DNA of 64,000 nucleotides. Origin: Saprospiraceae bacterium. Its GTDB lineage: Bacteria > Bacteroidota > Bacteroidia > Chitinophagales > Saprospiraceae. This document shows positions 9,804 to 17,045 of the stretch, one piece after another. The notes below the pieces were generated by a model. That model was not told the DNA's origin and ran no database searches. It saw nothing but the letters and a program-made list of their open reading frames with translations. Positions within the stretch are counted from its first letter, which is position 1, and each line of letters begins with the position of its first letter. A program made the translations under genes and the position numbers. The stretch is taken from positions 45,949 to 109,948 of the forward strand of contig JADJYH010000014.1 in assembly GCA_016719855.1 (NCBI GenBank), given 5' to 3'.

Positions 9804-12527
9804 GTGGCAAGAAGCAGCACGACCATCGTAGGCGGACAACCCCGTGAAAAGTCGGAGAAAGTAACGCCGCTCATGGAGCAGTACTTCAAGATGAAGGCGA
9901 AGCACCCGGAGGCCATCATGCTCTTCCGGGTCGGCGATTTTTACGAGACCTTTGGGGAGGATGCCGTGAAGGCCTCCCGTGCGCTCGGCATCACCCTCAC
10001 CAGCCGCAACAACGGTGGCCAGGACATCGAACTAGCCGGATTTCCCTACCACAGCATGGACGTGTATTTGCCTCGGCTTGTGCGGGCGGGCTACCGGGTA
10101 GCCGTTTGCGAGCAGTTAGAAAAGCCGTCGCCGGAAAAGAAAATCGTGCGGCGTGGCATCGTGGAGGTGGTGACGCCAGGCGTGACGACCGACGAAAAAC
10201 TCCTCGACCACAAGACCAACAACTTCCTAGCCTCCATTTTTTTCGGCAAAAAAGACCAAGCTGGCATCGCCTTTCTCGACATCAGCACTGGCGAGTTCAT
10301 GGTCAGCGAAGGCGACATGGCCTACATGGACAAGCTGCTGCAAGGCTTCAACCCATCGGAGGTCATTTTCTCGAAAGGCGCTGCGAAGCTCTTCGAGCAG
10401 GTGTTCGGCGACCGTTTTTATACTTATACGCTTGACGACTGGGCCTTCTCCCACGATTTTACCCAAGAAAAAATAAAGGAACATTTCGAGGTTGCTTCGC
10501 TCAAAGGCTTCGGCATCGAGACCTTGGAGCTGGCGCAAACGGCTGCCGGGGCTGCCCTCCATTACCTCGCCACCACCGAGAACAAGAACCTCAAGCATAT
10601 CACCGCCATCAGCCGGATACACCAGGAGAAGTATGTCTGGCTCGACCGTTTCACCGTGCGCAACCTCGAACTGCTGCACAGCCCGCACGAGGGTGGTACG
10701 CCACTCATCAATATCCTCGACCAGACCGTGTCGCCGATGGGCGGGCGGCTTTTGAAAAAATGGGTGGTACTGCCGCTGACCTCCTTGAAGGAAATAGAGG
10801 CGAGGCACGAAGTGGTTTCCTATTTTTTGCAAAACCCCGACTTGGCGAACGAAGTGAGCGGCTACATCCGGCAAATGGGCGATTTGGAGCGGCTAATTTC
10901 GAGGGTGCCTTTGGGTAAAATACAGCCCCGGGAAGTGGTTCAGCTTCGGCGTGCGCTCGAAGTCACCGAGCCGCTGAAAGTGCTGTTGGCTGCCTCCGGC
11001 AATGTTTTTTTCGAGAAATTGGCCGAAGGGCTGAACCCCTGCAAGACCCTCCAAAACGACATCAAGCGGCAACTGGTGGAAGAACCGCCCTCACTCGTGA
11101 CCAAAGGCGGCGTCATCGCCGATGGCTTCCATGCCGAACTGGACGACCTGCGCAACACCGCCCGAAACAGCCAAGCCCTGCTCGTCGGCATACAGCAAAC
11201 GGAGGCCGAACGCACGGGCATTGACAACTTGAAAATCGGCTTCAATTCCGTCTTTGGCTACTACCTCGAAGTCACCAACAAGCACAAGGACAAGGGCCTC
11301 GTGCCGGACAACTGGGTGCGCAAACAAACGCTCACTGGCACCGAACGGTACATCACTGACGACCTGAAAAAGCTGGAAACCAAGATTCTCGGCGGCGAGG
11401 AAAGGATGCAGGAACTGGAGGTGCAGCTTTTCGAGGCGCTGGTGCTTTCCCTCAACGATTACATCCAGCCCGTGCAGCATAATGCCAGCATCGTCGCCCG
11501 GTTGGACTGCCTGTTGAGCTTCGCAAAAGTGGCGGACAAGCAGCACTACACCCGCCCCCTGCTCGACAACAGTCAAGTGATTGACATACGCAACGGCCGC
11601 CACCCGGTCATCGAGCAGCACCTGCCGCTGGGCGAGAGCTTTGTGCCAAACGACGTGTTCCTCGACAACGAGGAGCAGCAAATCATCGTCATCACCGGTC
11701 CGAACATGAGCGGTAAATCGGCGCTGCTGCGGCAAACGGCGCTCATTTGCCTGATGGCGCAGATGGGCAGTTTCGTGCCAGCCCAGAGTGCCCGCCTCGG
11801 CCTGATTGACAAGGTCTTCACCCGTGTGGGCGCCAGCGACAACCTATCCGGCGGCGAGTCCACGTTCATGGTGGAAATGACGGAGACGGCCAGCATCATG
11901 AACAATATCAGCGAGCGCAGCCTAATCATCCTCGACGAAATCGGGCGGGGAACGAGCACCTACGACGGCATCAGCATCGCTTGGAGCATCGCCGAGTACC
12001 TCCACTCGCACAACGACCTGCGGCCCAAGACGCTCTTCGCCACCCACTACCACGAGCTGAACGAACTGGCCAACAAGTTCCCCCGCATCAAGAACTTCAA
12101 CGTGGCGGTGAAGGAACTGGGCCAAAAAGTGATTTTCCTTCGGAAACTACTGCCCGGCGGCAGCCAGCACAGCTTTGGTATCCATGTGGCGAAGATGGCC
12201 GGGATGCCCCGCAGCATCGTGGAGCGGGCGAACGATATTCTCGCTCAACTGGAATTGCAGCATATTGAGCCTTCAAGTGAGGCGGTGACTTCAAGTCACC
12301 GCCTCACTTCGGGCAGTCCCAAGGTGAAAAAGGCTGGCACCAACGATATTTCAGCGCCGACTTACCAGTTGAGCATTTTCGAAACGTTTGACCCGAAGGT
12401 GGGGAAAATTAAGGAACTACTGGTAGAAATGGACGTGAATACGATGACGCCCGTGGAGTGCTTGATGCGGTTGAATGAGTTGAAAAGGTTGGCGGAGGAG
12501 GTTGTGGCAGACTTCCGAAGTCTTTGA
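9804..12527 (+). CDS. mutS: DNA mismatch repair protein MutS
   Basis: 907-aa ORF. N-terminal TPLMEQYFKMKAKHPEAIMLFRVGDFYETF, Walker A GPNMSGKS, STFMVEM, DEIGRGTSTYDG, THYHEL, clamp-binding-like QLSIF and a conserved C-terminal helix. Confidence 0.97.
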   Translation: MARSSTTIVGGQPREKSEKVTPLMEQYFKMKAKHPEAIMLFRVGDFYETFGEDAVKASRALGITLTSRNNGGQDIELAGFPYHSMDVYLPRLVRAGYRVAVCEQLEKPSPEKKIVRRGIVEVVTPGVTTDEKLLDHKTNNFLASIFFGKKDQAGIAFLDISTGEFMVSEGDMAYMDKLLQGFNPSEVIFSKGAAKLFEQVFGDRFYTYTLDDWAFSHDFTQEKIKEHFEVASLKGFGIETLELAQTAAGAALHYLATTENKNLKHITAISRIHQEKYVWLDRFTVRNLELLHSPHEGGTPLINILDQTVSPMGGRLLKKWVVLPLTSLKEIEARHEVVSYFLQNPDLANEVSGYIRQMGDLERLISRVPLGKIQPREVVQLRRALEVTEPLKVLLAASGNVFFEKLAEGLNPCKTLQNDIKRQLVEEPPSLVTKGGVIADGFHAELDDLRNTARNSQALLVGIQQTEAERTGIDNLKIGFNSVFGYYLEVTNKHKDKGLVPDNWVRKQTLTGTERYITDDLKKLETKILGGEERMQELEVQLFEALVLSLNDYIQPVQHNASIVARLDCLLSFAKVADKQHYTRPLLDNSQVIDIRNGRHPVIEQHLPLGESFVPNDVFLDNEEQQIIVITGPNMSGKSALLRQTALICLMAQMGSFVPAQSARLGLIDKVFTRVGASDNLSGGESTFMVEMTETASIMNNISERSLIILDEIGRGTSTYDGISIAWSIAEYLHSHNDLRPKTLFATHYHELNELANKFPRIKNFNVAVKELGQKVIFLRKLLPGGSQHSFGIHVAKMAGMPRSIVERANDILAQLELQHIEPSSEAVTSSHRLTSGSPKVKKAGTNDISAPTYQLSIFETFDPKVGKIKELLVEMDVNTMTPVECLMRLNELKRLAEEVVADFRSL
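12275..12309. repeat. perfect 16-3-16 palindrome inside the mutS coding region
   Basis: aagtgaggcggtgact-tca-agtcaccgcctcactt. The arms are exact reverse complements. It encodes the linker peptide EAVTSSHRLT. Its core gacttcaagtc resembles the arms of the 13-5-13 repeat at the mutS stop. Confidence 0.9.
12417..12497 (+). repeat. R0: native mutS 3' terminus, founder of a five-copy direct repeat
   Basis: ctactggtagaaatggacgtgaatacgatgacgcccgtggagtgcttgatgcggttgaatgagttgaaaaggttggcggagg recurs at 12541, 12985, 14367 and 15992. Confidence 0.95.
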
Positions 12528-12540
12528 GACTTCGGAAGTC
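12510..12540. repeat. perfect 13-5-13 inverted repeat spanning the mutS stop (terminator hairpin or recombination core site)
   Basis: gacttccgaagtc-tttga-gacttcggaagtc. The TGA stop (12525-12527) lies in the spacer and the right arm abuts repeat copy R1. Confidence 0.9.
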
Positions 12541-12575
12541 TTGCTGGAAATGGACGTGAACACGATGACACCCGT
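12541..12575 (+). repeat. R1: truncated copy of the mutS 3' terminus
   Basis: ttgctggaaatggacgtgaacacgatgacacccgt. It is in frame as LLEMDVNTMTPV, then I-stop. Differences from R0 are mostly synonymous. Confidence 0.9.
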
Positions 12576-12626
12576 AATTTGAGTTACCCACTAAATCTAG
12601 GTCATACCTATCATCAAACTATCTTT

Positions 12627-12947
12627 ATGGAAAATCTACTTGATAACGAGCCAATTGAGAAAAAAGTAAAAAAAACATTTTCCAAGGTTGCATTAGCATT
12701 TGGTATTTTTTCATTGACTTCACTATGTTTTCATGGTGTTATTTATTGGTTTAGTGAGGAAGACCCTTCATTGGATGAATACGCACCCGAATGGCTAATG
12801 ACAATCACAAACGGTACTATCATATTAGGGGTAATAGCCTCTATCATCAGTTTGATTAAAAAAGAGCCATCAAGTTTTGCAAAATGGGCGGGATTTTGTT
12901 TGAACGCAATCTTTGTGATTCTTTACCTCAGTTCGCATTTGTTGTGA
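12627..12947 (+). CDS. small membrane protein (cassette 1)
   Basis: ATG at 12627 inside ORF 12579-12947. Three hydrophobic helices. AT-rich (about 33% GC in the 60-nt line starting at 12601). Lies between repeat copies R1 and R2. Confidence 0.55.
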   Translation: MENLLDNEPIEKKVKKTFSKVALAFGIFSLTSLCFHGVIYWFSEEDPSLDEYAPEWLMTITNGTIILGVIASIISLIKKEPSSFAKWAGFCLNAIFVILYLSSHLL

Positions 12948-12984
12948 GAAATTTGATAACCGTTGGCGCAGGTATAAGGAATTC

Positions 12985-13062
12985 CTGCTAAAAATGGACG
13001 TGAATGTGATGACGCCCGTGGAGTGTTTGATGCGGTTGAATGAGTTGAAAAGGCTGGCGGAG
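12985..13062 (+). repeat. R2: copy of the mutS 3' terminus
   Basis: Encodes LLKMDVNVMTPVECLMRLNELKRLAE. By manual alignment 70 of 77 positions are identical to R0. Followed by the small palindrome cacgtc-gga-gacgtg (13075-13089). Confidence 0.9.
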
Positions 13063-13124
13063 AGATGGCGCAGTCACGTCGGAGACGTGGGGAATTTAGA
13101 TTCCAATCGTGGACTGTAGCCTTT

Positions 13125-14062
13125 TTATGGTGTTATCTGAGAACTAATCTTTTCACGCAGAAGATTAAAGCAGCAACTATACAAATATGTATTCACTGTC
13201 CTTAACTCGAATTTTATGGTCGGACTATGATGAGCTTGGTCTTGCACCGAAGAAAAATGAGTTAATTTGTGGCGAATTTTAACTATGTCAGTAATTAAAC
13301 CTTTAAAGTCATTCTCACTATTGGAAGGTAATCCCATATTGATTAAAATCTTTTTAATTGAATTTATTAATTTAGGTTCATAAGGAATAAACCTACTAAG
13401 TTCTTTTTCCTTTTTAATAAGTTCTTTTTCCACGTCTTTTGCACCAAAGGGAAAAATATCCATCCAAAATCTAAAGAAAAGAAAGAACGCAACTTCATTC
13501 TCATTACTTTTAAAGACCTTAAGGCATGTGAAAAAAAAGGAAAAGGATGGAATGTGATTTAAAGAGGGTGTAATCAAATCATATAGTGAGTTGTCAATTT
13601 TATAATTCTTTTTGTCTGACTTTAACACATAGCCACCGCCACCTATAATTGTCCCTTCGTCCAGCATTTTCTGTTCATCATCTGTTTGGGAATAAAGATT
13701 AACATAAATTCGCATCGTGTCAAAGTGAGGTGGAGTTGTTGCATATATAAGTGAAAGTAAACCTTCAAAAAGTTGTGCGGCCTCAGTTAGAACTAATTTA
13801 TAAGGCCTTAGCCTTGCTTCCAATTTATCATCTACAATGTCAATAGGTTCGGTTGATGAGATAATTTTTCTGAAAACGGAAGCAACTCATCAGAGCTAAT
13901 AATTTTTGAAATTTGAAGCGTCAACTTATCGTCTATTGACAAAATATTTGCGTCATAGTCTTTAAATTTAAAGTCGATTCTTGCCGGAGTTATTGAGTAT
14001 TTTCTGCAAAACAATGAGCTACAAGTTTCATTTATATTTTGTTTGTCTGTGAAAATTTTCAA
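13125..14062 (-). pseudogene. HEPN-like (Rx4H motif) protein, cassette 2, frameshifted as given
   Basis: ORFs 13832-14062 and 13125-13823 join if one base is added to the T5 run 13865-13869 (A-run on the coding strand). Very AT-rich (about 22% GC in the line starting at 13321). C-terminal IRHKLTHF fits the HEPN R[NHQD]xxxH motif. Confidence 0.5.
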
Positions 14063-14220
14063 AATTTGTCAAATCTGGCCTCAACAGTTGTTTCAAGTAT
14101 GATTGATGCAGGCATAAGTCCTAGTTCCAGCAACAAATAGTTTGTGCTTCCCTGTCCACGGAGGTCAAAAAATACCAGTTGTTGCAAGTCTGTTTTTGAC
14201 AATCTCAAAGTTACTTAGTT

Positions 14221-14354
14221 CTTGCAAGTTTGCAACTTGCAAGGCTTCACATGAGCGGTTTTGCAGTCATTTCTTCTGGCAAAAGTCCATGATTCCGAAA
14301 AAGCAGCCATCGTAATTTGCTAAAGTCTGCGCTTGCAAGTTGCAAACTTGCAAG
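14221..14354. repeat. pair of mutually reverse-complementary 23-nt palindromes flanking 88 bp
   Basis: cttgcaagtt-tgc-aacttgcaag at 14221-14243 and cttgcaagtt-gca-aacttgcaag at 14332-14354. Each is a 10-3-10 hairpin. The second ends 12 nt before repeat copy R3. Confidence 0.85.
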
Positions 14355-14366
14355 AACAAATAGGAG

Positions 14367-14446
14367 CTACTGCTGGAAATAGACGTGAACCCCATGACAC
14401 CCGTGGCGTGTTTGATGCGGTTGAATGCGTTGAAAAAGTTGACGGA
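14367..14446 (+). repeat. R3: copy of the mutS 3' terminus
   Basis: Encodes LLLEIDVNPMTPVACLMRLNALKKLTEQE-stop. Same orientation and frame logic as R0. Confidence 0.9.
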
Positions 14447-14477
14447 ACAGGAATGATGAATTACGGTCCGCAATAGA

Positions 14478-14996
14478 CTAAAACCCTGAAAAGAGAACCA
14501 ACAATAAATATAAGAACAAGACCGAAAGCAGAATACCTATCGCAGAAATTATCAGTATGGCTTTTGCAATGGCTTTCGACCTTCGATTTTCATCGCTGAA
14601 AAGAACAATCAAGGCAATGACAATACTTGCCAACAGGGCCAAAGAAACTAGGGTCGAAAGAATAGCCGAAGTTGCAAAGGCGGACAAAATAGTGCTAAGC
14701 CCAATCCCGCCAAAAAACAAATACAAGGCAATTCTAGCCAACTTACTTGCTTTTTCACCTTCAATTGGCCGCTTCTTCATCGCTAACCTCACATCCTTCA
14801 CCATCCTGATTCTTTTGAAAAACCCCAGCTTTTTCACCTTGCCCTCACCACGAAAGGAGGTTGCCTCGCCCTGTCCAGCTTGTTGCAAGGTTGGTTTGGT
14901 AATGCTGGACATTACAGCTTTGCACGGCGATGAAAACAAAAGGAGGAAGGAAAAGGTAAGGACGCCAATTGAACAAAAAGTTAGTGTTGACTTCAT
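14478..14996 (-). CDS. membrane protein with signal peptide (cassette 3)
   Basis: 172-aa ORF. N-terminal signal-like MKSTLTFCSIGVLTFSFLLLFSSPCKA, a basic middle region and three C-terminal hydrophobic helices. Confidence 0.55.
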   Translation of the reverse strand: MKSTLTFCSIGVLTFSFLLLFSSPCKAVMSSITKPTLQQAGQGEATSFRGEGKVKKLGFFKRIRMVKDVRLAMKKRPIEGEKASKLARIALYLFFGGIGLSTILSAFATSAILSTLVSLALLASIVIALIVLFSDENRRSKAIAKAILIISAIGILLSVLFLYLLLVLFSGF

Positions 14997-15078
14997 GGCA
15001 GTTTAGTTTCATGAATAATGAACGGCTTCCTGACTCAGCAAAGCTACCGTTATTATTGAGGTAATGGAGAATCCAACT

Positions 15079-15690
15079 TCATCGCCTATCCCAAACCGTA
15101 TACACCTGTCCCCCCTGTTGGCTCCTGAAAACATAAAACAACGTCTCCAACGGCTTGGCTGCCGCTAGTGAATCAATCGTCTGTTCAGGCAGGCTCTCCT
15201 CCCAAAGCTCGTCCACGTCGGAAAGGTCTTCCACGGTATGGTACAGGGAATTTTTGAAAAACTCCTCGCCATCGCCATCCGGGGCGAGCTGGTGGTAGAG
15301 GGGCTTTGAGCCATAGCCCAAAAAAGTGCAGTAATCGCCGCCGTGACAAGGCCAGTACCAATTTTGGTGGGTAAAAATGGGCGGCGTGGTACGCTCCAGG
15401 TCATCGGTGATTTCCCCGGCCCGTCGGTTGACCGAACCTGCCGACTTGTGCGGCTTCAGCGCCTGTAACTGCTTTTGGAGTTCGGCGATGTCGCCTTCGC
15501 AGGCGTAAACGTCCTTTTCCCGCAACGCACCCGCCAGCAGGCATTCCTCGCAGATGGCGGTAAAAGGCTCACTGCCCAGAAAAGCAGCGCCATCGAAGCA
15601 GCGTTTTTCGGCTCCGCAAAAATCGCAGCGGGTGGGCAGCTTTAGCCAGACAGCGAATTTTTCGGGATGTTCGAAGTACTTGAAATGCAT
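15079..15690 (-). CDS. CbrC family protein (UPF0167)
   Basis: 203-aa ORF starting MHFKYFEHPEKF, with C-x2-C (CDFCG) and CEEC motifs and a conserved WPCHGGDYC region, as in the CbrC (colicin E2 tolerance) family. Confidence 0.65.
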   Translation of the reverse strand: MHFKYFEHPEKFAVWLKLPTRCDFCGAEKRCFDGAAFLGSEPFTAICEECLLAGALREKDVYACEGDIAELQKQLQALKPHKSAGSVNRRAGEITDDLERTTPPIFTHQNWYWPCHGGDYCTFLGYGSKPLYHQLAPDGDGEEFFKNSLYHTVEDLSDVDELWEESLPEQTIDSLAAAKPLETLFYVFRSQQGGQVYTVWDRR

Positions 15691-15733
15691 GGTCGGTGGA
15701 TGATGGACTACTCGATTGAAATAAATGGCACAG

Positions 15734-15741
15734 CAAATCTA
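15734..15741 (-). promoter_or_regulatory. Bacteroidota-type -7 promoter box (TAGATTTG on the minus strand)
   Basis: Plus-strand CAAATCTA, 44 nt upstream of the CbrC-family start at 15690. Confidence 0.35.
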
Positions 15742-15773
15742 GTGGAATTCCGCTCACTGCTTTAAGTGGCTTA

Positions 15774-15944
15774 ATGGTAAGTAAATTGTCACTTTTAAAA
15801 GCATTGTACTTTGCCTTATTTGCTGGCCCCTTGTGCTGGATTTTATCTATTGCTGGTATTTTTGTTATAGGATTAGTGTTGAATCTAGGGCTTTGGGTTA
15901 GTAAAAAACGGCGAATCTATTCAAGAAGTAAAAGGAGAATATAG
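15774..15944 (+). CDS. 56-aa hydrophobic peptide (speculative small ORF, cassette 3)
   Basis: ATG at 15774 gives MVSKLSLLKALYFALFAGPLCWILSIAGIFVIGLVLNLGLWVSKKRRIYSRSKRRI-stop: two TM-like helices and a basic tail. Below the ORF-track cutoff. Confidence 0.3.
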   Translation: MVSKLSLLKALYFALFAGPLCWILSIAGIFVIGLVLNLGLWVSKKRRIYSRSKRRI

Positions 15945-15991
15945 CTATAAAAGTTGGACACTCAAAGTCAAGAAATATGATGAAGTGCTTT

Positions 15992-16037
15992 TGGAGTGTT
16001 TGATGCGGTTGACTGAGTTGAAAAGGTTGGCGGAAGA
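15992..16037 (+). repeat. R4: partial (3' half) copy of the mutS 3' terminus
   Basis: tggagtgtttgatgcggttgactgagttgaaaaggttggcggaaga encodes ECLMRLTELKRLAEE-stop. Confidence 0.9.
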
Positions 16038-16085
16038 ATAAGGATGAAGGTTGTTCCTAAATCTAATTCTACCAAAATTCAAAGC

Positions 16086-16093
16086 TATCTTTG
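16086..16093 (+). promoter_or_regulatory. Bacteroidota-type -7 promoter box (TATCTTTG)
   Basis: Matches TAnnTTTG, 21 nt upstream of the ATG at 16114. Same box and spacing as at mutS. Confidence 0.4.
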
Positions 16094-16113
16094 ACCTATA
16101 AATTTGACCACCC

Positions 16114-16767
16114 ATGCCCACTTCCCTCCTTAACTTCAAGCAAGCGCTAAAGCGCACCATTGCCGACAATATCGGGCAGTGCATCAAGCAATTGGAAGCA
16201 TCGCTGGACCCGACGAGGGCAGTGTACAACGACTGCTTGAACCTGCTGTCGGCTTTCAACCGCCTGGAAAAGGACAACCTCAACAACCTGCTGTCCCGGG
16301 AGGAGTACAGCCGGGAACTGTCGAAGTTGAGCGTGGCGGTGCTGAACTTGATTGATAATTTGACTGAGGAGGACTTGTCGGAGGTGCGGCACTTACGGGA
16401 GGAGGTACACGAGCGCTTGCTGGTGGTGACCCGTGCGGAACGCAGGCCAGCTATTGAGCGCTTTTTTTCCAAAAACTTTTTCAAGAACGTCCACTATATT
16501 CATTATGGCGATGCCATACCGACGGAGCGTTTTGACTTGGCGGTGCTCGACGATATTGTGACGGACCCCGCTGCTTCCTTGTACATGGAGGAATATATGG
16601 ACGGCATTGCTTGCTATATCTTGTACTTCGGGGCGCACTTCTCCATCAACCGGGAGAAATATGCGGACAAGGTCTATTTTGCCAATTCCATCTTCTCGCT
16701 GTATGCCCGTATCCGGGAGATGCTGGATTTTATCAAATATTATGACAGCGATGAGCCAACTGGGTGA
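16114..16767 (+). CDS. protein with an effector-associated-domain-like N-terminal helical module and an uncharacterised alpha/beta C-terminal domain
   Basis: The N-terminal 85 aa (LLSAFNRLEKDNLNNLLSREEYSRELSKLSVAVLNLIDNLTEEDL) resemble the helical EAD-type adaptor found at N-termini of conflict-system proteins. The C-terminal part alternates beta/alpha-like segments (LLVVT, FDLAVLDD, CYILYFG). Confidence 0.45.
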   Translation: MPTSLLNFKQALKRTIADNIGQCIKQLEASLDPTRAVYNDCLNLLSAFNRLEKDNLNNLLSREEYSRELSKLSVAVLNLIDNLTEEDLSEVRHLREEVHERLLVVTRAERRPAIERFFSKNFFKNVHYIHYGDAIPTERFDLAVLDDIVTDPAASLYMEEYMDGIACYILYFGAHFSINREKYADKVYFANSIFSLYARIREMLDFIKYYDSDEPTG

Positions 16768-17045
16768 GGAATGGCGGTGTTGATTGCACCCTTACTTTGA
16801 GCAGCGGAAAGTTGTACTCGTCGGCTCTCACCCGGTTGGCGGCTTCTGGCAGTCGTGGTAGGGCACCACGGGCGAGTCATCCTGGGCATTGGCCTTTTTC
16901 CAGAGGGCGATGCCGTGCTTGCCGAACTCCCGCTACGGATTACTTTTGTGTGTCATTAGGTGTCCCAGCATGAAGCGCAGGGGACAAGCATTCAAAAAAA
17001 AATCGTTTTTGGTTCTAAAAAAGACACTCACTGACCACCATAAAA

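Noticed and set aside
10227-10874. Long antisense or alternate-frame ORFs inside well-supported genes. Examples: 10227-10874 and 11091-11735 in mutS; 20639-21781 and 21800-22309 in sdhA; 28365-29003 and 28891-29862 in pepD; 30293-31051; 43064-43780 in lptD; 50163-50843 in the methyltransferase gene.
   Set aside because: They have Arg/Gly/His/Val-rich composition typical of shadow ORFs opposite GC-rich coding sequence. They carry no motifs, and each overlaps a gene with clear family signatures.
12362-16484. Minus-strand ORFs 12362-12571, 14267-14473 and 15945-16484 share a conserved peptide (…FN.FNRIKH…), which at first looked like a small repeated protein family.
   Set aside because: The shared peptide is just the antisense translation of the repeated mutS 3' end. 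The sense strand preserves the MutS frame with synonymous changes, so the repeat derives from mutS and is not an antisense gene.
16790-16960. A short open minus-strand segment (…REFGKHGIALWKKANAQDDSPVVPYHDCQKPPTG) between the 16114 gene and the GH65 gene could be a gene relic marking the island's right edge.
   Set aside because: It is only about 33 codons between stops, with no recognisable family. It cannot be supported without a database search.
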